Notes under the pieces: generated by a model
The model's database searches: none
What the model was told of the DNA's origin: nothing
What the model saw: only the letters and a program-made list of their open reading frames with translations
Translations under genes and position numbers: made by a program
In this document: positions 13,520-26,996 of the stretch, in pieces
How the letters are laid out: each line of letters opens with the position of its first letter
How positions within the stretch are numbered: position 1 is the first letter of the stretch
Assembly: GCF_009834535.1 (NCBI RefSeq)
Contig: NC_045697.1
Coordinates: 60,886,001-60,950,000, forward strand
DNA length: 64,000 bases
Reading direction: 5' to 3'
Origin: Camelus ferus
Lineage: Eukaryota

Positions 13520-14520
13520 ACTTTTGCTTACAACTGAAAAAGTCTCCTAGCTAATAACTCTTTTCCATTGTGCATCCCACCCTGCCCCACCAGCCTAAAT
13601 TACTCATGACCTACCAGCATTGACTTTCTGAAATATAAATCAAATAAAATCACTCCCCTTAAAATCTCCCAGGGGTTTTCCGTTGAAACAAGAATGAATC
13701 TGAATTCCTTACCATAATCCACATGGTCATAAATGATCTGCTCCTGCCTACATCACTGGCCTCACTTCCTCCACACCCCACCTCACCCTCTTGTGTTACT
13801 TCAGCTCAATTATCTGGTTCAGTCACCTCAATCTCAAATACACTAAACTCATTTTCAGGATTATGAATTCTTGAATCATAGTCTGTGTACCCATGGAGTC
13901 ACCACAACACTCTCAAGAGGTCCACAGGGTCAAACCTATTTTTACTATAATACTAAGTCTTTATATGCCTGGCAGATTTCATTCTCTCACAACTTGTGAG
14001 AATTTTTCACAGTGGAATTTTTAAGAGTCTACATAAACTGTGATATCCCACAGTTTAAAGGCAAAAGCAGATAGAAGAATCTAGACACCTTTACTTAGGC
14101 AGAGATCAAAGGATTTTGAAAAAAAAATACTACACTCACATTTTTCTTCATGATTATTTTGCTTTGGAAGATCTCATTCAATTAAAATGTTATTTATGTT
14201 AACATGTATGTTTATTGTTATCTTTACATAGTTTAATATATGTTTTTAATTCTCAGTTTTAAACTTCTAATATGGCAAAATGTGATAGATGGGACCCAAA
14301 AGTCAAAAGTTCTTTGAGGTCCTTAATGATTTTTAAGAGTGAAAGGAGATTGTAACCAAAAAGTCAGACACCACTGCATCAGACCTTTAAGTTTTCTTTA
14401 CTTCTGTTTAAAATATTTTTCCCCAAATTTTCATGTGGCTCTTCTATCACCCTCTTTCCAAGGCCTCTTTCTCAATATTCATATCACTACTCAGATGTCA
14501 ACTTTTCTGAGAAGCCCCTC
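13520..14520 (+). mobile_element. L2 fragment interrupted by Charlie1b
   Basis: C/T-rich L2 motifs (tcactccccttaaaatctcccaggggttttcc; atgatctgctcctgcctac; tcagatgtcaacttttctgagaagccc) on both sides of 13862-14376. Confidence 0.65.
13862..14376 (+). mobile_element. hAT-Charlie1b-like DNA transposon, near full length
   Basis: gaggtccacagggtcaaacctatttttactataatactaag ... gcagatagaagaatctag ... gttctttgaggtccttaatgatttttaagagtg ... accactg is collinear with recalled Charlie1b. Confidence 0.8.
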
Positions 14521-15169
14521 CAGTGAAAGAGCGAAAGGGTGAAAGCTGAGCTAACACAAAAGGAACAGATTTTTAAATCAGATATTATAAATCAAAGATA
14601 ACACCTAGCATCAAGGGTACAAGAAATCAACTGTCACAAACAAATCAAAGAGAGTTGTGAGACTTTAATAGTGGCTCCTGGTTCTTCATTCCCACATGAG
14701 ACACACTTCCTCTAACACAGAGTAAAGAGTTCTCTAAGTGAAGTACATGGGTTACTTCTCACAGGGAGCTCCTTGTTTTTGACACCACTGTGTACACCAA
14801 AGTATTCTGTAGCTAACATGACATTTTCTATAGATTCATGCCTGAAAATTTTGTAGATTCTAGGTTTACCATAAGCAATCATATCCAAGGATATCTTGAT
14901 AAATTATTCCATGCAAGTATTCTATTCATAGCAAATATTATTAGTCTATTTGTTAGGGAATCTTTTTGTTAACATATTTACAAGGAGATTCGATTGGGTC
15001 ACTTCTTTCTTTCTTTCTTTCCCCAGGGGCATTCCTTTCTTAATAGGCAGAGAAAATAAGCAGATTAGCTATTTTAATAACTTTTTTCCAAACGTTAGAA
15101 ACCTAGTTCTTAGAATAGTACCTAGAATATAGTAAGTGTTCAGTACTTTGTTCATCTGAGTGACTGAAA

Positions 15170-15600
15170 AGCATTCAATGCTGTCGAACACACAATTTAT
15201 GCCTTTTTAAGACAACTGGGGGCCCTTTACATAACACTGTGGTGAACATTCTTGCACATCTTTCTTGGTACCTAATTCTTTCCTTAAGTTAAACTCTCAA
15301 AAGTTAAATTCTGGGTCTAAAGACATATATATATACATATACACATATATAATATTTTTAGGCATGTGACAAAACTGCCATTAGAAAGATTATAGCATTT
15401 TGCATCCCTGTCAGTAGTACATAAAACTGCCTACTAAGTCACACTCTCATATATATTCTGTAATGAAAGACTATAAATGTTGCAAATCCTACGAGCCAAA
15501 ATAAAGCAAGCTTTTAAAATGTATATTTCGTTTTTACTAGTTAGGATAAAATAAATTGCATATAATTATAGTAATTTTTGATTTTTATAAATTGTTGATG
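15170..15600 (-). mobile_element. L1ME-type fragment
   Basis: gtgaacattcttgcacatcttt ... ttctgggtctaaagacatat ... aaactgccattagaaagattatagcattttgcatccc. Confidence 0.6.
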
Positions 15601-16366
15601 TCTTTTTTCTTTATTTTTCTTGATATTATCTCTATTTTTCCATTTCCAGGCTTATGTATACATATTACATATTTTCACCTTTTTAAGATAAGACTTGAAC
15701 AAGCCACAATTCTGTACATATCTATTAACCTCTGATTTTCTGGGATAATTAACATCATCCTATAAATGACTGAATGCAAATTATACTATGATATATAGTT
15801 AGTTATTGATGTGCACTGTCTTCACAGAGTAGGTATTACATAATTATAATGTCATAGTTATCATTTATCTGGATTCTCTGCTCATAATTTTATAAAAATA
15901 ATTTAGCTACTTAAAGCAGAATGTTTGAACATTTCATTATATTCCTGAAAAGTTATTTCAAATTTTTAAAAATGATTTGCTTCTGTTTTATTTTAAAGCT
16001 TAAAACAGAAGTCATAAATCAAATTTCTTCAAGTGACAGACAAGTAGCTTTAGTGTCCAAAAAAAGGTAACATAATAAGGTGTGGTGTCAATGGCAGCCA
16101 ACTAAAGGATGCAAGCCCAGCCAAAGCCAACTTCATTTTGTATAATTAATTTCGATCAAACAAAATCTATTTACTCGCAGAATCCAAAATTGGTTCTAAT
16201 AGTTCTCAACATTTAGAGAGTGAGAATTCTATGTGTTCAGTGAAAACCGTCATTCCTTATAAGTTTCATAAAATAAATTCCTCCTTGCTTTAAATGTATA
16301 CACATGCAGACAAGCACATGTGCCCACACTACACATGGACATACATAAGTATGTATATGCATTTGG

Positions 16367-16394
16367 GTGTGTGTGTGTGTGTGTGTGCACGTGT

Positions 16395-16421
<27 letters not shown>
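16367..16421. repeat. (GT)n-CACGTG-(AC)n inverted microsatellite pair
   Basis: Directly visible. Confidence 0.95.
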
Positions 16422-16427
<6 letters not shown>

Positions 16428-19314
16428 AAGTATCTTCACTATCAGTTTAACTCCAACATGTAGATGGTATTTTGGGGGGGGGGGGTTAGTATTCCATAGA
16501 TGCCAAAAACTTTGAAAGTGGCAATAACAAAACAAATAAAAAAACTTCTGTGTAGGAAAAAATTTGGAGGTAAGGCTAGTTTGTACCCAAGAACAACAAA
16601 ATTTTATGAGATATATTTGTTTAATAACATCCTTCCCAACTATTGAGTAAAGAAGCCATTTGGAAAGAATGAACATTAATTGTTATTATCACTCCATTTC
16701 TTCCCAGGATATCTTTCTCACAATGTTTGATATTCTTGCAATCACCTTATTTAATTTGGTCACTTTTTACATTCATACATTGGTGTTTAATGACATTCTT
16801 TATGAAAGTTATTCAGAAACTATTTATGAGATATCAATTTGAAATTGCATGAAGAAATGTGGTACTCTTTAGACACCGAAACATTAGTTTATACAACTTC
16901 TCAATGCAATTTAAATTGGAATTCAGCTGCTGTCTCAAAGAAATTCTCTTTCACATGTATTTGAAAAAATTGCTATAAATTTTAGATGTCTTGCTAATTA
17001 ACACTGAAAACTAACTCGTTAGAAGGGTTGGAGTTTCTTGTATTTTTCCTTTAAAAAGCCCTTAATGATTAATTTTTCCTAATGACCTGGAAATGATTCA
17101 ATTTATTGATTTATAGTACATAGGTAAAATATGATATTTCCATTTATCTTTGACTTTAATAATAACTGGAAGAAACAGAATGTCAGTGACTTTTTTGATA
17201 TGACATTTCTCTTTTAAATATGTCAAATGAGATATAATAAAAATATTTATATTTTGACAGTGCTAAGAACAGAGTGAAAATATGCATAAGCACAAAAGAA
17301 AGCACAACATGCACCTGCAATTAAATTAATAAAGTAAAATGATAATTATAGAAAAATTTGATTCAATAATACTTAGATTATAGGATTAAATGTACCAGTT
17401 TGGTGAATGTTTTTAAATAAAACTTAGATATTCTAGCTTACTGAAAATATTCACTCTTTATCCCATATATTTTTTCTTTAGATGGTGAAAAATTTTAATT
17501 TGTGTTCTGAAGCAGAACTTTCTAATTATGTAAAAATTAATTGATCCCTAAATGTTATATATTTAAAATAAAATAATTTGGTTTTTCTGGACCAGAAAAT
17601 TTCTGAGAAAGAAAGAATTTAGAGGACACTTTCAGATCTGGTAAAAATAATGAAATAGATCCAGTAAGCTGGAGAGCTGAGCATTATGTTAACAGACATG
17701 GGAAATAAGGGCTGCACCTGCCTATCTCAGCCCTGGTTTGCAATGCTTCACTTGTGCTGGCTTTCAGCCATTTTCAACCATGCTACGAATGAGGTATATG
17801 GTTAACATTAAGTGACAAGGTCACCACTAATGATGTCCTGGAGGGCAGCCAGTCTAGTCCTAAATTCTGAATTGGCCATGTGGAAAGAAAAGAACATGAA
17901 ACATGAAAAATAGCTGCACCTAAATTCAGTGATAATAATACAAATAATACATAGCTTCTATTCTTTACAAAACATATCAATGTGGAGAATTTATTGCAAT
18001 AATCACAATAGGGCAATGTTTTAAGCCACACTTACAAAGGAAAAAAAAGTCCCGTTCAGAATCAAATGGCATGTTTAAGGTCGGAAACTTATTTTTTTTT
18101 TTAAGGGACTCTTTCTCAAGTAAGACAAGGAGAAAGAAAAATGAAGTCTGTAGTGGTAATTGTTAATTTGAGTTTAAAGTGACACCCAACACAAAATGGC
18201 AAAGTAACTCAATACATGTAAAATAATAGAAGTCCTGGTTGCAGAAGGGAATAGAGAGGAAAAAACGAAGCAAAAAGTTCCACAAATAGTAAACCTGGCA
18301 GTGGATGCCTTTTATAGTTCAGACCATATGTATGATTCAGTAAGCCCTTGATTCTATGGTTTGTTAAAGAAAAGTCTATAATAAAATAAAAATTACACAA
18401 ATTTGACTCTAACCACCAGCCCTTATTTTCTTCAAGTCTGCTAGGTGCTCTTAACTATTAACTATTTCTTCTTGTGGCCTTGCTGAAAAAAGTGTGCATT
18501 GCTTTTTCACTGAATAATTACTTACCTACATTGTGAGCTGTTGAGTCCCTATCCTCTTAATTTTTTGTTTTAAAACTGAAATCATTTGATTTATCAGTTT
18601 GTTTTACATTAATACTACTAATATAAATGTAAAACCTATGTCCTGATAATCTTTAATTATCAATACTTTAGCTCTTATTAGAAGATGTTCCATTACCCTC
18701 ATTTCTACCCTATTTATATATTTTTTTGAGCTAGGAGAACTCCCAGAAACACTTAAGGCTACTCACTTAACCTCACAGATGAGACACAGGTTTGAAAGAT
18801 TAATCCTCACCCTAACTGTAACAGTTAAGAGAAAGAGCAAATATCCCAGTCACCAATATGCCATGATTATATGCAGAATAGCACTGAAAACTAGATAGTT
18901 AATTTAACAATTCAGGTCTGATTTTTTTTTCTTAGAAAAATACCTAACCCTTCTTCAGTTTACATCAAGTAATGGCAGAGTGACTAGTCTAAAACCATTC
19001 TAAAAGAAAGAGAAAAATATATTATAAAAAATGCAAGGCTTATTATGTAGTTCAGAAATAAATGCACAGGCCTCTTTTTGAAGAGCTGGGTAAGTGAATA
19101 TGAGAACAGAGGGCGCTCCACTCAAAGCTTAGCAGAGGGTAAAAGATTCCTAAGTAAAACCCCAAAATTAATGATCTAAAATACTGTAGATTCATTAATA
19201 GAATATATAATAAGCTATCTGTACATTTTTAAATTATCATGGCTATATATATCTATGACATTAAATATAAATTTTATACCAAGATGGAAAAAAATAGATT
19301 AAAACTGTGGTCTT

Positions 19315-20330
19315 TTTTTTTTCAATTCTAAAGACTTAGGTTTTTTAGGGCACTTTTAGGTTCAGAAAAAAGAATCTACAGACATTTCCCATGTAAATCC
19401 TAACCCTACACATTCCTAGCTTCCCTCATTATCAATATCCCCCACCAGAGTGTTACATTTGTTACAAATGATGAGCCTACATTGACATCATAATCACCCA
19501 AAGTCCATAGGTTACATTAGATTGGAGTTCATATCTAGTGTTGTACATTCTATGGGTTTGGACAATTGTATAATGACATGTATCCATCATTATACTATCA
19601 TACAGAGTGTTTTTTTTTTACGGCTCTAAAAATTCCCTGTGCTTCAACTTACTCATCCTTTCCCCACCTCTCCCAAATCCCTGGCAACCACTGATCTTTT
19701 TTATCGTCTCCATAGTTTTGTCTTATCTAGAATATCATATAGTTGAAATCATAGTTGAAACTGGAGTTGGGTATTTCTATTCCCTTAGGTCAGTTAGGCT
19801 CTGATAATGTCCCAGCTGATTAGGCTGTGGTTAACTAGGTTTTCCTGAGAGAAGGCCTGTTAAAAACAGAGTTTTCTTGTATATCTCAAAATATTTCCTT
19901 TTGCCCTACCCCTGCAAGAAGCAGGAGGGTATTTACTTTGAGAACCTGGTTGAGCTCCTAGAGGTAAAGTTTACAAAATCATAGGGAGGCCACTATGACT
20001 GGGTCTCACTGGATTTGTTAACTCCCAGGGTTGTCTACACTGAGCCCCCAGCAGATGAGCCCCCGTCAGTTACAATTTGGGTTTATCTATTGTGGCACCC
20101 ATTCCTATGGCAGTTTCTGCTGTTGAGCCTCTGTTTTGTTAAGCAGTGCCTCCATTTATTGGCCTGTCTGACTCTCCAGTCTTGGGTGGAGTGGTTTGCC
20201 ATGTGTCCTCCCGTCCCTTATGGATCCAAGAAGAAGTGTTGATTTTTCCATCTGCTCATATTTTTATTTGTTGTTAGGATAGAATGGTGACTTCCAAGCT
20301 CCTTACACACTGAATCAGGACCCAGAACTG
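19315..20330 (-). mobile_element. L1MC-type element with 5' UTR joined directly to 3' UTR
   Basis: 19315-19755 is an L1MC1-like 3' end (cccaccagagtgttacatttgttacaaatgatgagcctacattgacatcataatcacccaaagtccatag); 19755-20330 is an L1MCa-like 5' end (ttgttgttaggatagaatggtgacttccaagctccttac); both on the minus strand. Confidence 0.7.
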
Positions 20331-21944
20331 ATTTATGTTTATATATATATGAAGCACAACTAATGACACTTCATCTTTGTCTCTATAATCTGATTAGAGT
20401 TCTGTGTCCACCCTCAGACTATTCTTGTTCATATTGGCACTTGGATGAATTTCTGTGCCTTGTTACACTCTTTTGTTTTTTTTTTTTTTTCCTTTCTGCT
20501 GTTTGTTACATATTTTGGATGTTGCAGCTGATGACTTCTTTCTAGTTAACTGTAATTATCTGAAAATCTGGTCAGAATAAATATCTCCTTGCCCTTCCAC
20601 CTGACAGTGTTATGTATCTTAGAATCTATTGCTCTCCAAAAGCTTTAGCCCATTTGTTTCATTTCTTGTCTCATTTTTTTACCCCATTTTTCCCTTCATT
20701 TGGGTTAGAATTTCTGGTGGCTGTTAGGTCTGGGTTATTAGGAGCCTGAACATAAGAAAATGAACAATGTTGCAATGGTACTCTGCAGAAATAATGACAA
20801 TTGCCTCTGGTGCCATTCAGCACTCAACCTCCCCAATATTTTATTCACTCCATGCTGATAAGAGAATATAGTTATAGCTCTATACTTCAAGGGATTTGCA
20901 ATACACTAGTGGAAAAAAACATGTACATATGACTAAAACAGAATGCCATGTAAGATGTGGGCCAAAAAGGTACTAAGTGTTATTCAATTTAATTCAAGGT
21001 ATACTGAGTGTATTAACAAGCACTGTGCCGCAGGCTGGATGGAAAACGATGTTTTCTGAGGAGCTCTCTGCCTAATGAGAGAGACAGGAAAGTAAACAAA
21101 CCATTGTGAGACACTGATATGATGTAGGAGTATTATAACAGGTCAAAAGAAAGAGAGCATACATCCCAGACACCCCTCTACTACAATGCAGAGTATTTTT
21201 TTTAAATATTTAAGATTCTAGAATAATGAAAAAGCATCTAAAATTCCTCAATGAGAAAAGTTGCGTTAGACATTTGACTGAATCCAGAAAATGATACATA
21301 TGTTGACAAGTTCTTTCTCTAAAAGTTGATGCTGTTGAAGGGAGCAAATGCAGAAAGAGATATTCTCAAGGACTTTAATCTTTAAGATAGTCTCAATTCT
21401 CATATTTCTTCAGTCAGCAAAATTCTATTAATCAAAGCACAGGAGTTTACACATTTGCCACATAACTCTTAAAATGGATAAGCATAATGTTAACTAAAAT
21501 CAAACACAAAATTTTAGCAGGAGGGTTTGGCATAAACAGGATGGAGAGAACCCATGCATGTCACTTTAGCCTCTCAGAATTTGTTCTTAATTTCAAATTA
21601 CAGTGGACATATTTCTTGACTATAATTCAATGAACATTTATATCTTTAAACTTTACAATTTATAGAAAAATTTAACATAGGTTACCTCATTTCAGCCCCA
21701 TAAATACACTTTGTACTAATCATAACTCCAGTTTTATAAATAAAAGGAAGAGATATTAGAGAAATCCAACGTGTGTGCAGTCCAGTTACAACTAGACTAA
21801 GCACAAACCTGAGCTGAATTGATGTGAGGCTATTGACTGACTTCACTTCTACCTCTTAAAGTAACTGTTCATTTGTGTGATACCAGAAATATTCATATAT
21901 TTGCTTACAGAGTCTGACCCAAATTTCACTGGAGGTGTTACTAA

Positions 21945-22047
21945 ATATACAGACTATTAAGTACATTACCGTTCCAAAATTCAAAAAATTCTGAACTTCA
22001 AAAATCACCTGGCCCCAAGGGTTTCAGATAAAGGATTACAAACATGC
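21945..22047 (-). mobile_element. TcMar-Tigger terminal fragment (Tigger12-like)
   Basis: aaaattcaaaaaattctgaacttcaaaaatcacctggccccaagggtttcagataaaggatt. Confidence 0.5.
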
Positions 22048-22199
22048 AGAAAGTGCAGTTTTGCCACGGCACTTGAGATAACATTACAAGAAGTGAGGTA
22101 TAAAAGCAGGAAAAGTGGGAGACAGTTTCTGTAAACGGTGGGTTTGTGATTAAAAGTAAGTTAGATGTGATACCTCAGTGTGTGTGGGATGAACCTTAG

Positions 22200-22573
22200 A
22201 GCTAATTTCTTTGATACTATGATCTCTTACTGTGTACCCCTCAGGCCTAAGCACCTTCCAGATACGAGTGTCTACAGCTTTCTGCCTTAAGGTTTCCCTC
22301 CTTTCACCAGCAGTGCTCAACAAATAACTAGTACTATTTGCTGTCTAAATCCTCTGACTCCTTTACCTCTTGAGAGTGGGTTTTAGTTTTCCCATGGGGT
22401 TAAGTCCCGATTGCTCACAGCAGCTAGCTTAACTACATACTCTGTTAGCTGCCTTCACTTCCCTCTTTCACTTCTGCATTTCTCCAATTGTATTTACTGC
22501 CCCTTTCCAAATAACCTACTTGTCCTTGCTTCCTTCTCTCTGGGCTGATTTTGGGGGAACCTAAACTAAAATA
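22200..22573 (+). mobile_element. ERVL LTR16-like
   Basis: gggttaagtcccgattgctcacagcag ... ccaaataacctacttg ... gggaacctaaactaaaata. Confidence 0.65.
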
Positions 22574-23029
22574 AAGACTTAATTTTCCCAGGCTTACTTA
22601 GCCAAAGGCAGAAATCCTTTGATTGAATTCAAAAGTGATGCCAGGGCTTCTGCTACTCAGGCATCTCTAGTGCTGCCCAATTGCCCGCCTGGCTTTCTAA
22701 CAATTTGCCCACACATTCCTTATTATGATGTTCTGTCAATCACTGAATGATTTTGCAATACCAAATTAAACCAGTACTGTTCTCTGAAAGCTGCTTGATT
22801 GTTTGAACCTGTTATCTAATTTTATAACCTACTCAAAATTATGATATGCTAGCTGGATTAGACCTCCACCATGCATCTATGTAGGATCTAAATGCTCCTC
22901 TGTGTCACAACATCTCTTAGTTTCAAAGCCTAGATTCAAGCCCCAGCAATGATTGGTTTGCTCTATTCCACTATAACTAAGTGGGCCGTGTCCAGCCACT
23001 TTCTGAGATACTAAGATCTTATGAATCAT

Positions 23030-23265
23030 GATAATTATCAACATCATCATAAAAAACCTATGAAAGACTTTCTAAGTGCCATGAACTATGCTAAATGCTT
23101 TATGTTGTGTTTCATCTCTATGAACTAGCTCTGTTTATCATGACACTGAGACTTAGAATAGTGAAGCAGCATGCCCAAGGGCACACAACTAGAAGAGGAA
23201 GAGTAACAATCTATCCCCAGGACATCTGACTGCTGAATGCAGGCTTTTAACCACTATACTATGAT
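23030..23265 (-). mobile_element. MIR SINE
   Basis: actgagacttagaatagtgaagcagcatgcccaagggcacacaactag ... tctgactgctgaatgcaggcttttaaccactatac. Confidence 0.75.
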
Positions 23266-24029
23266 ATCTCTTAAATTCTTCCAAAGCGAAGAATTCTTGT
23301 CTCTTGGGAAAAGAATCTTAATGCCTTTTAGTCATAACCTCAACACCCGAAAATACTACTTTTTTTTAATAGGCTATACCAAGATTCCCAAGACTGATGG
23401 CTTATAAATTTGACCTTTTCTTATCTTTACTTGCTGTCTCTCACAGATCAAAAGCTGGAACTGAGCAAGAGATGTAATAAGAAGTTATAGCTGCTATTTT
23501 AGCTCCAACTTTTAAACATTTGCATTATATAATTTATGATGCGTAACACAAGTGTTAGAAACAATCTTAAGCCATTCAAAAAAAAAAAAACTAGATAAGC
23601 ATGTCATTAAAATCAGGGCTTATTTTGTACCTCAAGTTGTTGTATTACAAATGCTAGTTTAATAGTTTAACCATTGTAAGATGCTTGTATGATTAATATC
23701 AACTTATTTTTTAAATCCTTAAATGGAACTCTTTTTTTCCCAAATAATCACCTATCCAAACACTGATGTTTAGCACACAGGTGTATGATGAACACTGAAG
23801 CTACTGTTCCATTCCTACCTTGAGTCAGGCACTGTACCAACTATTTTACATACATTATTGCCATAAAGCCTCCCAACAACCTTAGAGAACACAGATTATA
23901 TAGGTTTTCTTTTTTAAGGGAACTAAAAATGAAAAGATTTTGACCAACGGTTAAAAGTCATAGCTTTTGAATTAAAAAGTCAGTTGGGCATTTACTTTTC
24001 TCTTTCTCTAATGATCTAATTTCTTTTTT

Positions 24030-24053
24030 AAAAAAGCTTTTAAAATTGTGATA

Positions 24054-24102
<49 letters not shown>

Positions 24103-25965
24103 CAAAAACTTACCACTTAAATCATTTTTAAGTGACAGTTTCATGCCATTAAGTACATTCACATTATTGTGCAACCATCACCACCATTCATTTCCAGAAC
24201 TTTTCTCCATTGTTCCAAACTAAAACTCTGTAATAAACAATAACTCCCCATTTTCCCCTCCCCTTAGCCCTTGACAACCACCATTATACTTTGTTTCTAT
24301 GAATTTGACTACTCGAGGGAACTCATATAAGTGGAATCATATGGTACTTGTCTTTTGTTGACTGGCTTATTTCATTTAGCATGTCTTCAAGATTCATCCA
24401 AGTTAAAGCATCTGTCAGAATTTACTTCCTTCCTTATTAAGGCTGGATAATATTTCATGGTATATACACTACATTATGTTCATCCCTCCATCTGTTGGTA
24501 AATACTTGGGTTGCTTCCACCTGTTGACTACTGTGAATAATGCTGCTATGAATATTGATTTATAAATAACCTTTTGAATCCTTGCTCTCAATTATCTTAG
24601 GTGTATGCCTTGAAGAGGAATTGCTGGATTACATCCTATTATTAATTTGTTGTGAAAATGACATACTGTTTTCACAGAGGCTCTACAATTTTACATTCCC
24701 ACTAGCAGTGTTCAAGGGTTCCAATTTCTTTACATCCTTCCTGATGCTTATTTTGGAGTTTTTTGGTTTTTTTCTTTTTTTTTTTTTTTTTTAAACAAGA
24801 GCCATCCTAATGAGTTTGAGGTGGAATCTCACTGTCATTTTGATTTTCATTTCCCTAGTGATTAGTGATATTAGGCGTCTTTTCATGTGCTTATTAGCCA
24901 TTTGTATGTCTTCTTTGGAGAAATGTCTATAGAAATCCTTTACTGAAGCCAATTTCCATTTGGATTGCTTGTTTTCTTAGTGTTGAATTGTACTTCTTTG
25001 TGTGCTTTGTATATTAACCCCTTATCAGATGTGTGATTTGCAAATATTTTCCTCATTCTATGAGTTGCTTTTTCGCTCATTTGTTAGTGACCGTTGACAT
25101 ATGAAAGCTTTTAATTTTGATGTAATCCAATCTATTTTTTAATTTTGTTGCCAGTGCATGTAGTGTCATATCTAAGAAATCATGACAAATTCAGTATTAT
25201 AAAGCTATTCCACTTTTTTTTTTCTTTTAAGAGGTTTGTAGTTTTAGCTCTGAGGTCTCTGACTCATCTTGAGGTAATTTTTGTATATGGTATGAGGTAC
25301 AGATCCAAATTCATTCATTTGCATGTGGATATTCTATTTTCCCTAAGCCAGTTGTTGAAAATACTGTCCTTTCCCCATTGAATGATTTTGGCAGCCTTGT
25401 AGAAATTATTTGATCATGTGTGAGAGAGTTTCTGGGCTCTCCCTCCCATCTGTCTGAATGTCTGTCTTTATGTTAGAACACATTGCTTTGATTACTGTAG
25501 CTTTGTAGTATCTTTGGAATCAGGAAGTGTGAGACCTCCAATTTTTTCTTTTTCAGGTTGTTTGGCTATCCAAGTTTCCTTGAGATTCCATATGAATTTT
25601 AGAATTTTTTTCCATTTCTACAAAAAATAATAGGGACTTTTATATGGATTGTGTTGAATCTGTAGATTGCTTTGGGTAATACTGCCAACTTAACAACAGT
25701 AATTCTTCCAGTCAGTGAATGCAATTTGGCTTTTCTTTTCTTTTTTCCTTCTTTAACTTATTTCAGCAACATCAGTAGTTTTCAGTGTACGGGTCTTTTG
25801 CCACCTTGGTTAAGTTTATTCCTAAGTATTTTATTCTTTTTTATGCTATTGTAAATTAAATTGATTTCTTTTTCATATTGTTCATCGTTAGCATGAAGAA
25901 ACAGTACTGATTTTTGAGTGTTGATTTGGTATACTGAAAATTTGCTAAATTTGTTTACTAATCCT
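24030..25965 (-). mobile_element. L1MB-type 3' UTR plus ORF2 remnant
   Basis: aagtacattcacattattgtgcaaccatcaccacc; tgtcttctttggagaaatgtctat; tgttgaatctgtagattgctttgggta are reverse-complement L1 3' UTR/ORF2 motifs. Confidence 0.92.
24057..24100. repeat. (AT)22 microsatellite
   Basis: Perfect AT run near the L1 3' end. Confidence 0.97.
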
Positions 25966-26259
25966 AATGGGGATTTGTTTTATTTTGGGAGGACCTATTT
26001 CTTTTTAATGGCATATCATTTTGCTATATTACATTGCCTCTACAATTAGCTTAATTCCAGTCACTACCTATGAAGTTGTGACAGAGGCATAACCCTCATT
26101 TGTTGCTTTGTTCTAAAGCAGTGGCTATGAAATTGATTATACAATAATAATAATAACAACGTGGTTAAAAATATAAATTTATGCAAAAGTTGGTATTAAA
26201 TACCACTGTATTATTTGCTTTGTTTCCCTGAGCATACCAACTAAGTCAATCAAAACATA

Positions 26260-26425
26260 GTTGTCTGGGTTTATCATGGGACAGTGACTTGTTAGTACTT
26301 AATATCTGAGCCTCAGTTTCCCCTTCTATTCCTTAGGTGTGATTGGAAGTTGTGAGGATTCACTGAAGTGAATTAGGGTAATGGACACAGTGCCTGATTC
26401 ATAAACCAGTAGATGGTAGAAACTG
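26260..26425 (+). mobile_element. MIR SINE
   Basis: acttaatatctgagcctcagtttcccc ... gttgtgaggattcactga ... cacagtgcctga. Confidence 0.7.
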
Positions 26426-26996
26426 TTATCTCACAATATCCTCACATCAAATGAAATAATACATATGAAAACACATTGTGAACCAGAAAACTCTCTATAT
26501 AAGAAAATGATTTTTAAAGTATGTATTCTTTCATTTACTGCCCAATAAGGAAGTCATTTTATCCCACAAGACTTCTCCAGAAACAATGAGTTTTTAGTCC
26601 TGGAAGACAGAATGATCATTAAAATATTCTTTGCACTTGCCTTCTACAATTGGATCACTGTGAAATGCCCACTAATCATGAGAAACCCTATTACCTCAAC
26701 AATACCTCTGTCACTACAAACAAGTACTTTCTAAACATGGGTGGCTACTTCACATGAAAGTTCTAAAGTGCATAGTAATTCAGTCATAGTTTAATAAGGA
26801 GTAATGAGTTTATATTTGTAAAGTATTTAGAATGCTTCCTGATACATAGAAGGTATTACAAAAGTGTTTATTCAATAACTAAAATAGTTATGTGAAAAGT
26901 TATGTTCTAAAAATGCTATGTCTTTGGTTTCTGCTTAATTGGGTGATTTGGGTGTTTTATATTATATCAAATTATAATAAGAAAGTATATAAATAC

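Noticed and set aside
16237..16676. ORFs with CVCV/HTHT/YLSI runs (also 43685-43986 and 62619-62833)
   Set aside because: Translation artefacts of microsatellites
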